Source: Octopus sinensis
Lineage: Eukaryota
NCBI RefSeq assembly: GCF_006345805.1
Contig: NC_042998.1
Location: 190,092,001 to 190,156,000 of the forward strand
Direction of reading: 5' to 3'
Length of the DNA: 64,000 bases
The notes under the pieces are model-generated. The model ran no database searches and was not told where the DNA came from. It saw only the letters and a program-made list of their open reading frames with translations. Position 1 is the first letter of the stretch. Every line of letters starts with the position of its first letter. Positions 40,825 through 54,222 of the stretch are shown here, piece by piece. A program made the translations under genes and the position numbers.

Positions 40825-40978
40825 TATGTCCCCATCACGCACTTTCGTATGCATAAATATACATCATGTATGCAGAATGTAGAATGCAGAATTCGGCTTA
40901 TCTAGTTGTATATGTATATATATATTACATGTCTGTATTTGTGTGTGTGTGTCTGTTTGTCTTTCTATCTGTGTGTGC

Positions 40979-41011
<33 letters not shown>

Positions 41012-41502
41012 TGCGCACCGCTTTTTATTGACCTTGGGGCGATGAAAGACAAAGTGTAAGTTGACTGGATTTGAACTTAGAACGCAGAGTGTCAGAGCAA
41101 ACTCCGACACTCCAACGATATATCTCTTTAATATAGCATTGCCGTGCTGAATACAGTGTCTGCATAGTGTCAGAGCAATGTTAATACAATGTTAATTGAT
41201 TGTTTGTAGAACACCAGTAATTGAGGTATAGGCATGGCGTACGTAAGGATCGAAATAGTAATGGATGATTTAGTGATTGTTATTGTTGTTTAACACCAGA
41301 CTATCCTTAAGTTATGATCAAAGACATCCTAGCCAGAGCCATCCCGTCTCTCAGTGGAGATGTTTATATTGACCACTTTCTCCGCTTTTATGTTTTATTG
41401 AGATATAAGCTTTTTCTATTTTGGCAAGTAGGGTTAGCTCTAAGGAGCTCCCTCATCGGTTAGTACTTAGGTGAGTTGACTGTTATTGTCTAGCCTAAGG
41501 TT

Positions 41503-41739
41503 AAGGCAGCGAGCTGGCAGAATCGTTAGCACGCTGGGCGAAATGCGTAGCCGTATTTCGTCTGTCGTTACGTTCTGAGTTCAAATTGCGCTGAGGTCGA
41601 CTTTGCTTTTCATCCTTTCGGGGTCGGTAAATTAAGTACCAGTTACGCACTGGGGTCGATGTAATTGACTTAATACCTATGTCTGTCCTTGTTTGTCCCC
41701 TCTATGTTTAGCCCCTTGTGGGTAATAAAGAAATAGGTA
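41503..41739 (+). mobile_element. SINE family B, monomer
   Basis: aaggcagcgagctggcagaatcgttagcacg...ggtaataaagaaataggtat. Confidence 0.88.
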
Positions 41740-42696
41740 TACACTAGGCAAAATTCATAGCGGCATTTCGTCCGTCTTTATAAGCTGAATTCAAAGTGCC
41801 GCAAGATCGACTTTGCTTTCATCCTTTAAGGGGTGATAAAATAAGTACGGCGACGGTAATGAGGATAATGATGCTGATGGTAATGATGATGATAATAACT
41901 ATCTAAGGCTATAAAGAGCAAGGGCGTTGGTTACGGTCTATAGTTCTCCCGTTGTATATTACTATTATTAATTTATCGACCAATGTTAGAAAAATTTGAA
42001 AGCAGAAACTTTCTCTTTCTTTGTTGTCGTTTCCATACATTGGTAATCAAAGGTCTGGCTGAGCCGCAATGCGAACGATAATCTCTAAGAAATTTGTCCT
42101 AGTACTTGGACGGTACCTTATTTATTCGTCCCTAAAAAAGGAAACGAGCAGGGAGAGTCGTTAGCACGTTGGAAAGAATTCTCAGCCATATAATATTTCT
42201 TTCGGCTGACGTTTCACGTTCAAATTCTACAGAGGTTGACTCTGCCTTTCATCCTCCCGGGGTCGATTAAATAAGTAACAACCAAATAATTGATGTTTTC
42301 GAAAAAAAACTCCACTCACCAAAATGTCAAGCTTTTTGCCTAAAATGGGAAGAATTTATTTACCCTGAAGCCAGAAAGGCAAAATTAACCTCGGCTGAAT
42401 TTGAACACAGAATTCAAAGAACCAGAATACCATGCCGTCTTATTCAACATTCTGTCTGTTCGTCGCCTTCATTAGAGCGTGGATAGATGAAACATCATTT
42501 GTTGTTGTTTTTGCTATTGTTGCTGTTGTTGTTTAATCCCAAATCAGCTCCGTCTGATCTAAATTAAGTTCAAAAGCATTCCAGCCGTGACCATTCCGTC
42601 GGGTTTTTTTTTCTTTTTGTTACTACGAGCAGGAAACCACATTTTTCAATGTATTCTTTTCTAATATTGTGTCGTGAAATTTGAACGAGATTTAGC

Positions 42697-43109
42697 GGAT
42701 CCTTTCGGTTTGAACGGCAGTTTTTAATATAATTTCTAGGTAACTAAAAAATTTTAAACTTCGTATACTGGTAGAATGTGTTTATAAAACATCTTTTTTG
42801 AGAAAATTCTATAAATTTGTAAGATATTTGTTGTTTTATTCTTCAATTTCTGCAATTTCAACCAATCAATGACGTGTATTGCGGTAAAAAAAACATTCTG
42901 TGCCGTATGAATATGTCCCTCGTTTAAGAAACAGATTGGGTTTATTTATTTACATTTGTGAAGAAAAAAAAGATACCCTTCCTCCACCCCTAACCCTAAC
43001 CCTAAAACAGATTGAAATGCAATAGATCGATACTAGGGTCATAATTATGGGTGACAATTTCATATGACACCGCTAGAAAAAAAAACTGCCGTTCAAACCG
43101 AAAAGAACC
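42697..43109 (-). mobile_element. Second copy of the 8-bp-TSD MITE, opposite orientation, inserted into an older repeat
   Basis: Same TIRs as 32383-32833; gatttagc duplicated at 42689-42696 and 43110-43117; ccctaaccctaaccctaa near 42990. Confidence 0.85.
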
Positions 43110-43710
43110 GATTTAGCTGTTATTTCTAGCAGATTGAGTGGGTCGCGTAGGTATTCTCTTGGCTGGTTCAAGACACCACTGGTCATCTGGTTATTGTACC
43201 CTACATAACATTCACCGCTGAAGCGCAACAACATCGAGCTGACGTCGTAGACACCAGTAAGTGATGATGAAGAATAGGAGAGAAAAAGGGAAGAAGAGAT
43301 GAGAAAGAGAAGGAGGAGGAAGAGTGTTACCCTTGTTGTGATGTTGGTGGTGGTGCTGGTGCTGGTGCTGCTGATGGTGCTGCTGATGGTGCTGCTGATG
43401 GTGCTGCTGATGGTGCTGCTGATGGTGGATGTTCGTATTAATACAACAGATTACATGACATGACATTACATGAGTCATATGTGTGTGTGTAAGTGCGTGT
43501 ATATGTATGCATGCATGTATGTGTATACGTACGTAAGTACGCACATATATGTGCATAAATACAAACATACATGTATTCATATGCATAGGCATGCATGTTT
43601 ATATATATATATATAACGCATGTATGTGTATGAGTTACATGAGGGTGTATGTTTAAATATATAAATATATATATACATGCAAAATATATATACATATGTA
43701 TATATGAGTC

Positions 43711-43787
<77 letters not shown>

Positions 43788-43835
43788 ATACGCATGTATA
43801 TGAGTTACATGAGGGTGTATGTTTAAATATATAAA

Positions 43836-43916
<81 letters not shown>

Positions 43917-43973
43917 AGTTGGTGCTCCAGCATGGCCCCAGCTTCTGGCTAAAACTAGTGAAAAAATTAAGGA

Positions 43974-44014
<41 letters not shown>

Positions 44015-45172
44015 TGTGTAGTTACATACACAGCTATATGCAGAGACACACACACACAAATATGCATATATATTATAGACATACATATATACATACACAA
44101 ACACATCCACCCACTCACACCCACGTATGGACGCACGCACACATATACATACATACATGTATACATACATACAGACAAGTAGATCTGCAATAATCGGTAA
44201 ACATGGTCTTGTATACAACAGGAGAGAGCTGTGTGCCAGTGATGGTTGCATGACTATTAACACTTCTGTAGCATTTCTGATTATTAATGCATTCGTAAGA
44301 AATGAAGAAAATAGAAAACAAAAACAAAAAAAAATCACTCTCACATAAAACAATACACAAAACAAAGTGGAATAACACTTCCGCTCCCTTCTTCCTAACA
44401 ATCGCTAGAAACTTCACTCTTCTGCCAGTTCATTGCATACCTTATGTTATATGATAACAGTCACTCCTTTTTATTTATTCTATTTCATTGACCCGTTGTC
44501 TCTGCTATCACCACTCTTGCTACGGCTATGTCCGTTGTACTCAATCTCATTTTATTGAAGTCAATCCCCAAGGGTCAGTATTCACAAGACTCCAAGCCAC
44601 TTTTGTTATACTGTGTCCACCAGTTGTGTGTGTATCCTTTGCCAACATTGATCAAACTGCACACTCTGACTTTTGCTGTTTGTCAGTAAAAACACTCCCT
44701 CGGGAACCATCAACAACACAGACCCATTTTCATCAATTCAAAGGCTATTGAACCTAACGAAACAGCCAACTTGTGCGCATGTCAGCATGAATACATGTAT
44801 TATCATATATTTGTATAGATTGTTTGACTGATTGTTCATACGTAATATTTGCTTTTCGAATTTTTTCTTCGATCTCTCTATATCTTTCTTTTATTTCTTT
44901 CGTTATTTTGGGGAGTTTTGTTCCGTGTTTTTTTTTATTGTTTTAGATCTTTTCTCCTGTTTTTTATATTTTTTTTAGATAAAAATTTCACTGGTAGTCA
45001 TGAATTCCAACAGGATTGGTATTATGGTTTGTCTTTTGTTGATGTTGTAGTTATTGTTCCATCACTACAGCGGTATGTACTCCGGTGTATTGTTTATTTC
45101 TTTTTCATTTATTTTATATATTTATATTTTATGTGTGTGTATAATGTCTGTGTGTCCGCGCGTCTAAATGAA

Positions 45173-45237
<65 letters not shown>

Positions 45238-45282
45238 ATATATTATATATATTATATATATATATATATATACATATATATA

Positions 45283-45319
<37 letters not shown>

Positions 45320-45421
45320 TTATATTATATTATATATATTATAATATATATATAATATATTATATATATTTATATATATTTATATATATATATTATATAT
45401 ATATATATTTATATATATATA

Positions 45422-45460
<39 letters not shown>

Positions 45461-45689
45461 GGAGACAAAACTATTTACAATATATACGTATGTATCTGTA
45501 CATGTATATTTATGTGTGTGTGTGTGTGCATGCATCTACTTCACTCACATACATATACATACATACATACATACATATATACATACATACATACATACAT
45601 ACCACATACATACATACATACATACATACATACATACATACATACATACATACATACATACATACATGCATACATGTATTCAAAATGTG

Positions 45690-45890
45690 ACCGCGTGTGT
45701 ACCGTTGGCGATTTTTTTCCTCTGTCTTCCCTTCTCTGGATCTTTCCTTCTCCTATGTTTCCGACGAAGAGCTCCGCTCAAAACGTTAAACCCTCCTTCT
45801 TCTTCTTTCCTGAGCGTCCAATAATACTATATTTGTTCCACGTCCTCGCGTTGTTGTGTTTTTTTGTGCTTTCATGTTTGGATTAACTTT
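45690..45890 (+). mobile_element. Penelope-type terminal-repeat fragment with mutated hammerhead-like core
   Basis: gtttCCGACGAAGAGCTCCGCTCAAAACGTTaaac at 45757-45791; homologous to 48700-48885. Confidence 0.55.
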
Positions 45891-46129
45891 ACATACATAC
45901 ATACATACATATATACATACATACATACATACATACATAATTAAACGCATATATATGTTCGTTTTTGTTTTTTTTATGCGTTTCAGCTCAAAGGCTGTGG
46001 CCACGCTGGGGCACCGCCAGTTCAGAATAGTTCACCAGCCAGAAGCGGATTCAGTGGCCCACAGACTTATAGCAAGAACAAAAAACTGCAATTTAGTAAA
46101 TATGCCACTAACACCTCATTGAAGATACA

Positions 46130-46345
46130 GCCAAGAAATCGGCTTCAGGCAGTGTTTGTTATAATTGCCAGATATGCCTCCGAATGCTTTGCCATTTTGA
46201 AAAGGTTGACGCCAAAGCCACTAGTACAACATGGACGAGAGAACTACGACATATGCTAGCTCCGGCAGGAGCTTCGAACCATCAAATGCAAGACTTTAAC
46301 TGAAAAGGAGAAGCAGGTTTTAGCCAACCTATGAAGCATTCTATG
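46130..46345 (+). mobile_element. Possible RTE-like LINE 3' fragment
   Basis: One frame reads TSTTWTRELRHMLAPAG, like the post-RT GRPxTTW region. Short and degenerate. Confidence 0.3.
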
Positions 46346-46592
46346 GAAAAGACTCGTGAACATCTTTCGTAGAGCAGATTGAGCAGACTGACATTGGAAG
46401 AGAGAGACAGACAGAGTGGCAGACAGACAGAGAAACAGAAACACAGAGAGACAGACAGACAGAAAGAAGGAATGATAGAAAGAGAGAGAGGGAATACTAA
46501 AGTGTAGCAACCATCTGATCTCTTAGTCATAAATGGTTGAAAGGATGGAATGATAAACAGACAGACAAGCATACAGATAGATAGATAGATAG

Positions 46593-47675
46593 CTTTGCTA
46601 CACTTTCAGTAAACCTCTACTGATGTATGACATATGGTGAGTGGGGGAGTTTGATGTTGCTGCCCTTATCTGCGTTTCTTACCGTGAAGTAGATTCATCC
46701 AGAACTCTTGACTGAAGGAGATCCAGTTTTGTTTTGAAGACACCTACATCCATCCCATGTAGCTCTCTAAGACTTTTGGGAGGTGATATTGAAGAGCTGT
46801 GAGCTCTTGAAACCCAAGGTGCAGTTGTATCTGGTCCTGTATCCTGATGGCAATGTTGGGATCTTTGGTTCTGTTATTTTTGTAAATGACAATGCTAAAG
46901 TTTGGTACAAGTTCTAGGTTTTTGCACATGTATATTACTGCATGTATTTCCTGCCTTCGTTCTAAGGAGCAGGGTTTTAACCTTTTCAGTCTCTTCCAGT
47001 AGCTGACAAGTCGCATTGTGATGATCTTCTTAGCGTAGCTTCACTTATTTGCTTCGAGTTCCATCGGTAGTTTAATACTGTGCGGTGACCATAGTTGGGG
47101 GCAGTAATTTAAACGGCTGAGAACAAATTTCCTCCAGAGGACCATCATGATTTTTTGTTCCCTCGTTCTGAAAATTCGAAGGATCCATCCGGCCAACCGT
47201 CAGCGTTTTATTCCCAACTTAGTAATATGTGCCTGGAAAAATGTATCGTTACTCGTGTCGATGCCCAGGTCACGCACTGCTTTTGGGCCAGTATATCCTC
47301 TCTGCTTTTTATTGAGCTTCTTGTGTTGGTAGCGCAGAGCTTGGAATTTTCCAACACTAAACTGCATGTCCAACTCCCGCTGCAGACGCGCAACATATCC
47401 AGAGTCCTGTATCCTCTGAGAGATTTTTATGTTATATGCATAGCTAGATAGGGTAGATAGCTGATCAGCTGAGGACATGGCTGAGTGGGTCACTATGAAT
47501 AGCAGCGGTCCCAGGACAGTGCCCTAAGGAACACCACTCATTATCTGTGTTTCCTTGGAAGTGGTCCCATTAACCACCACTACCTGACTTCTATCTTTTA
47601 GAAAGTCATGTAGCTATTCTGCAAGTTTCCCAACTATGCCAAGATTCTGCAGCTTGTGTTATATTATACCATGTA
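46593..47675 (-). mobile_element. Decayed CR1/L2-group LINE 3' end (RT)
   Basis: HKLQNLGIVGKLAE*LHDFLKDRSQVVVVNG..SGVP*GTVLGPLLF, FSVGKFQAL, VRDLGI, and C-terminal VFKTKLD..RAATSNS. Confidence 0.8.
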
Positions 47676-47687
47676 TGCGTGTGTGAA

Positions 47688-48006
47688 GGCGCATGGTTTA
47701 GTGGTTAGGGCATTCGTTTTACGATTGTAAGATCGTGAGTTCAATTCCCGGTGACGCGTTGTGTCCTTGAGCAAGACACTTTATTTCACGTTCCTCCAGT
47801 CCACCCAGCTGGCAAAAATGAGTAGTACCTGTATTCCAAAGGGCCAGCCTTATCACACTCTGTGTCACGCTGAATTTCCCCGAGAACTACGTTAAGAGTA
47901 CGTGTCTGTGGAGTACTCAGCCACTTGCACGTTAATTTCACAAGTAAGCTGTTCCCTTGATCGTATCAGCTGGGACCCTCGTCGTCGTAACCGACGGAAT
48001 GCTCCC
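47688..48006 (+). mobile_element. SINE with a different tRNA head and CORE-like segment joined to tail A
   Basis: tgtgtccttgagcaagacactt resembles the CORE domain; 3' part matches 53615-53803. Confidence 0.75.
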
Positions 48007-48073
48007 ATATATATATTGTGTGTGTGTGTATGTGTGTGGTATGTGTGTGTGTGTGTGTGTGTATACATATATG

Positions 48074-48166
<93 letters not shown>

Positions 48167-48181
48167 ATATTTATATATATT

Positions 48182-48275
<94 letters not shown>

Positions 48276-48499
48276 TATATAAATCGACCCCATGACTTAT
48301 TTTTAAAAGCCTAGTACTTATTCTCTTTTGCCCGCCGGACCGGTAGATTACGGGGACGTAAACCACACCAACACTGGTTGTCAAGCGATAGTGGGGACAA
48401 ACACAGACACAAAGACCATACAACCTAGATATATACATATGTAATATATATATATATATATTATATATATATATATATCTATATATATAGTATGATGAC

Positions 48500-48885
48500 T
48501 GACTTGGAGAACCATTCCTGGAATTCCTTATAACCTGCGGATTAAGATTTCCCTTCGTTCGATTACGAGCCACTCTAATCTTGATTGGAAATCATCCCAA
48601 TTTGTCTGTGACTCTTCCACTTTTTCTCGTCCTCCTTCTATCTATCTTCTTCCTAATTCCACCTTTCTCCTTTTGTCACCACTGATAACACCTGCACCGA
48701 CATTATCATTGGCGACTTTCTTTCTCCGTCTTCCCTTCTTTGGACATTTTCTACATTTCTGACGAAGAGTTCCGCTAGAAACGTGAAATCCTCTTTCTTT
48801 ACTTTCATTTCCTGAGCGTCCAATAACACTGTACTTATTCCACGTCCTCGCGTTGTTGTTTTTTCTTGCTTGTTCATGTTTGGAT
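48500..48885 (+). mobile_element. Penelope-type terminal-repeat fragment with hammerhead-like core
   Basis: atttCTGACGAAGAGTTCCGCTAGAAACGTGaaat at 48755-48789; pyrimidine-rich upstream region. Confidence 0.55.
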
Positions 48886-48888
48886 TGA

Positions 48889-48947
<59 letters not shown>

Positions 48948-48985
48948 TACATATATATATACATATATACATATATATATATATA

Positions 48986-49133
48986 GGCGCAGATGTGGCT
49001 GTGTGGTAAGTACCAACCACATGGTTCCGAGTTCAGTTCCACTGCGTGGCACCTTGGGCTAGTGTCTTCTACTATAGCCTCAGGCCAACCAAAGCTTTGT
49101 GAGTGGATTTTGTAGACGGAAACTGAAAGAAGG

Positions 49134-49184
<51 letters not shown>

Positions 49185-49455
49185 ATATACATGTGTGTGT
49201 GTGAAAGTGTGTATGTATGTGAGAGAGTGTGTGTGCGCGCGCGTTTGTTCGTCTGTATTTGTCCCCCACCATCGCTTGACAACCGATGTTGATGTGTTTA
49301 CGTCCTCGTAACTTAGCGGTTCGGCAAAAAGACACCGGTAGAATAAGTATTAGGTTTACAAAGAATAAGTCCTGGGGTCGAATTTTTTCGACTAAAAGCG
49401 GTGCTCCAGCATGGCCGCAGTCAAATGACTGAAACAAATAAAAGAATAAAAGAAT
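48986..49455 (+). mobile_element. SINE family A, full-length
   Basis: Matches 19884-20335 including the internal microsatellite. Confidence 0.88.
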
Positions 49456-49569
49456 ATGTATACGACAGGCATCTTTCAGTTTCCGTCCATCAAATTTACT
49501 TACAAGGCCTTATTGGGCTCGAGGCTATAGTAGAAGACATTTGCCGAAGATGCACACAGTGGGACAGAA

Positions 49570-50313
49570 CCCGGAACCAGCGGAACCATCGGAACGTCAT
49601 ACAGATGAAATACCGCTAAGTATTTTGTCCAGCATGCTAACAATTCTGCCATCTTGCCACAACAATAATAATAATAATAATGGCTTCAAATTTTGCCACA
49701 AGGGCAGCAATTTTGGAGTAAGGGATGAGTCGATAACATCGACTCCGGCGTCTAATTGATACTTATTTTATCGAATCCGAGAGGATGAAAGGTAAAGTCG
49801 ACCTCGGCGGAATTTGAACTCAGGACATACCAACGGGCGAAATACCTATTTCTTTATTACCCACAAGGGGCTAAATACAGAGGGGACGAACAAGGACAGA
49901 CATAGGTATTAAGTCGATTACATTGACCCCAGTGTGTAACTGGTGCTTAAGTTATCGACCCCGAAAGGATGAAAGGCAAAGTCGACCTCGGCGGAATTTG
50001 AACTCACGACGTAACGACAGACGAAATACGGCTACGCATTTCGCCCGGCGTGCTAACGATTCTGCCAGCTCGCCGCCTTAAAACAATGATAATAATAATG
50101 ATTTCAACATTTGCAACAAGGCCAGTAATTTCATGGAAGTGGGTAAGTTGATTACATGGACCCCAGTGCTCAACTGGTACTTATTTCATTGGCTCCGAAA
50201 GGATGAAAGGCACAGTCGATTTCGATGGAATTTGAACTGAGAACATTGAGACGGACATAATGCCGCAAAGCATTTTGCCCGGCGTGCTAAAAAGATTCTG
50301 TTATGTCGCCACC

Positions 50314-50315
<2 letters not shown>
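49570..50315 (-). mobile_element. Cluster of family B and related SINEs
   Basis: Complete monomer at 49847-50079 joined to a headless diverged body at 49681-49846; another diverged copy at about 50100-50315. Confidence 0.8.
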
Positions 50316-50356
<41 letters not shown>

Positions 50357-50358
50357 CA

Positions 50359-50458
50359 NNNNNNNNNNNNNNNNNNNNNNNNNNNNNNNNNNNNNNNNNN
50401 NNNNNNNNNNNNNNNNNNNNNNNNNNNNNNNNNNNNNNNNNNNNNNNNNNNNNNNNNN
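50359..50458. other. Assembly gap
   Basis: 100 consecutive N after a (TAA)n tract. Confidence 1.
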
Positions 50459-51474
50459 TCTAACACCTTTACAATGCATGGCTGCCGGCTTCTTTGTTTC
50501 CTTTGAAAATCTAATCGTATTTCCAGATAAACAGTTATATATGCAGCGTGACGAATGCGTTTGCGGTTAACGAGTTGAAATTTCGAGTAGCTTGCACAAA
50601 TAACGTACACATGTTATCAGAAAGCCGATGTCTTTCTTAGTGACTACAATGATAGGTGTCATTGTATAGTATAGCAGGTGCTATTCTTCTCCTCTATGTG
50701 TGTCAAGGATGATAGATGAAACTCTACAAACTAAACTGTTCACTTTATTCATTACTCATTCAAATTATGTAAATTCTATACGCTCAGTCTGTGTTCCGCA
50801 ATCATATCTTTCTATCAATTCTCGACTTATACCATAAAATTTCCTTCATATATTCGAAAGCTTTGTTAAATTATTTGAATATGATTTAATACTATACTAG
50901 TAGACACTAGACCCATAATATTCACGTTGTCACAAAATCACAAGATGGGATATTATTTAATGAGTGGCTCTCTATATATGATGTGTATTTATTTTATCGT
51001 CATTGCAAAAGAGAAATCCGAAATCAATGAGTCGTCAAGGATCCTCTACTTGGTTGCTCGGCTTACTAGAAAGAGTAGCTAAATTTCTCTCATTTAATAG
51101 TATCTTAAAAAACGTCTTTAAAAAAAAAGACGCGTTAGTTAATGTAGTCTTCAATTTTTATACTATTTGGTTACTTTGAGAAAGGTAGCACCATGACTTT
51201 TCTTTTATTTTCGGGGTTTCCAAGATAGTAGGGGACACGGAATGACCTATTACCAAACCCAGAACTTAGTGCAAATGTTTGTAACAGGCTGAACTCCGCT
51301 ACAGGCATTCAAAGACCAGATGGTTGTATCAAACAGGGCGATGGAATAAAACAAGCATCCAAAGTTCAATGTACATGAATAAAAGAGGAGGTGGTCACCA
51401 TTGGAATGCTTTAATCCTAAGTCTAATTGATTAAAACCGAGTACAATAGATAGATAGATAGATAGATACATAGA

Positions 51475-51584
<110 letters not shown>

Positions 51585-51594
51585 TAGATATATA

Positions 51595-52581
51595 TGTTTC
51601 TTTATTAGCCACACAGGGCTGCACACAGATAGAAAAATTACAAGGTAGAGCTTTTCTTTTGGGGGTAAAAAAAGGAGAGTGGTGGTTTTCGATCAAAAGG
51701 GATCGTAAAAGGAAAGAAAAAGGACAAAAAAAGGGGAGGGGTTAAAAAAAGGGGGGGAGAAAAAAAATGAATAATAGGGATCGTTATCACAGAAATGTCA
51801 ATATGAAGTGTAAAGGGGAGGACAGGTGAGGTTTACCCGTGGAAAGAAAAGCCTACGGAAAAGACCACGGTAACCTCGGTCAATGAAGTCACATATTTTT
51901 TTTTTTTTTTTTTTTTTTCCAAATAAGCAACTCTCTGTATTAATTTTTATGGTTCATAGAATCATAGTCAAGGTGGCTTCGTCATTCATACGTGCCATCC
52001 TTGCTACATTCACCCATCTTTTTTTAAAACCATTCACTAGACAAAACTTGCCTCTCTACTCTCACTTTCCTCTTCAAGTGATACTGAAGAAGTTGATGAG
52101 AGATTGACCAGAGAGGAAAGTGTTTGTCTCTAATCCTTTCAGGCGCGTCCACCAGATACATTCTTTCGCCATAGCCACAAGTATGATAAAAATAGCTCTT
52201 CCTTCCCGTTTGAAGGAAGGAGGCGTGACGATATTAACGATAGACTCGGCTGATAAACCGACACGTCCCACACGTGACAGCAGTCGTTCGACATAAGCCC
52301 ACAGGTCGGAAATTGCTGGACACTGCACGATTTCGTCGCTCTGACCGCATCTCGGGCAGGTCGGCCCCGTGTTTCTCGAGCCATGCCTATAGAGCTTATC
52401 CCGAACGGGTAGCGCTTCTCGGTAGCACCGCCAGGCCAGGGATCTCTGGAAGTTGTCCATAGGTCCCGGGCCGAAAGTCGTTTGAAACAGGCGGGTCAGG
52501 TATTCCTCGTCGACGCCCAGGTTTGCCCCGAGCTCGTCGTCGTACCTCCCCTCCACTAATCCCATATAGAATGCTTTGGTT
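51595..52581 (-). mobile_element. Tx1/L1-clade retrotransposon, copy 2 (shorter 5' truncation), embedded in a (GATA)n tract
   Basis: Matches the 3' ~1 kb of copy 1 (TKAFYMGLVEGRYDDELG...CPRCGQSDE...QCP) with a short in-frame deletion in the knuckle and a late frameshift. (GATA)n at 51447-51594 and 52582-52663. Confidence 0.92.
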
Positions 52582-52664
<83 letters not shown>

Positions 52665-52882
52665 TGCTGGAGCAGTCTTCAACTGTTTTCTGTCAATCAT
52701 ATCAATCACACGAATTAATGATTTGTGACTCATTTCAGTCTGGTATTTATGTTATTATCTATTTATTGAAAGGCTAAGTTACTATTTTTGATATAGAGAA
52801 AGGTAACTCGATACCCGTGTATATACACAGATTGGGATAAACACACACATGTACATACCACATAAACATTTAGATATATATA

Positions 52883-53192
52883 TCACCGTGATCACCGTGA
52901 CCGACCAGGCTATCAGATGTTGCTACACATCGCTGGTCACAGTGCGCTTCGCATTGTTTTAGCCTTCAAATGATGCCACCCCACTGGCTAAGCGAGCAGG
53001 TCAACAGAAGAAAGAGTGGGAGAAAGTTGTGGCGAAAGAGTACAACAGGGATCGTCTCCACCCCCTGCGGGAGCCTCGTGGAACTTTTAGGTGTTTTCGC
53101 TCAATAAACACTCACAAAGCCCGGTCTGGGAATCGAAACCGCGATCCTACAAACGCGAGTCCGCTGCCCTAACCACCTTGCCATTGCCTCCA
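52883..53192 (-). mobile_element. SINE family C with tail B, inserted in the left palindrome arm
   Basis: Head tggaggcaatggcaaggtggttagggcagcggactcgcg; absent from the right arm. Confidence 0.85.
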
Positions 53193-53230
53193 TATATATA
53201 TACATGTGTGTATGTGTGTGTTTGTGTGTG

Positions 53231-53305
<75 letters not shown>

Positions 53306-53423
53306 TGTGTGCATATATACATAGGGAGAAAATAAGAAGAAAGATAAGCGAAAATGCACATTGGAAATCAAAAAAGTAAAGGCTTTTTTATGAAAAGTAA
53401 CGATAGAGATATACAATTAGATG

Positions 53424-53806
53424 TGGAGGCGCAATGGCCCAGTGGTTAGGGCAGCGGACTCGCGGTCGTAGGATCGCGGTTTCGATTCCCAGTGTTTATT
53501 GTGAGTGTTTATTGAGCGAAAACACCTAAAGCTCCACGAGGCTCCGGCAGGGGATGGTGGTGATCCCTGCTGTACTCTTTCACCACAACTTTCTCTCACT
53601 CTTACTTCCTGTTTCTGTTGTACCTGTATTTCAAAGGGCCGGCCTTGTCACTCTCAGTGTCACGCTGAATATCCCCGAGAACTACGTTAAGGGTACACGT
53701 GTCTGTGGAGTGCTCAGCCACTTACACGTTAATTTCACGAGCAGGCTGTTCCGTTGATCGGATCAACCGGAACCCTCGTCGTCGTAACCGACGGAGTGCT
53801 TCCAAA
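53424..53806 (+). mobile_element. SINE family C with tail A, inserted in the left palindrome arm
   Basis: 11-bp target duplication acaattagatg (53413-53423, 53807-53817); the right arm is uninterrupted at this point. Confidence 0.93.
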
Positions 53807-54163
53807 ACAATTAGATGAAGTGAGGTAGGAATAAAAGTAATAAAAGTCATTATTGTGAATTGTTAAAGAGATTTAAAAGCATACCGGTTTCGTAAGTTAC
53901 TAATCATTGCTTTGAATGCACCCAAAGCAATGATTAGTAAATTTACGAAACCGGTATGCTTTAAATCTCTTCAACAATTCCCAATAATGACTTTTATTAC
54001 TTTTATTCCTACCTCACTTCATCTAATTGCATATATCTATCGTTACTTTTCATAAAAAAGCCTTTACTTTTTTATTTCTTATGTGCATTTTCGTTCATTT
54101 TTCTTCTTACTTTCCCTTTACATTTCCACGTGTAGTTTCTATTTTCTTTTTGTAACATATTTC

Positions 54164-54222
<59 letters not shown>

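Noticed and set aside
43212-43592. HQQH-repeat ORF resembling a transcription-factor low-complexity region
   Set aside because: A 12-bp simple repeat flanked in frame by microsatellite translation; no domain or splice support.
50186-50610. ORFs containing X runs
   Set aside because: Artefacts of the 100-N gap.
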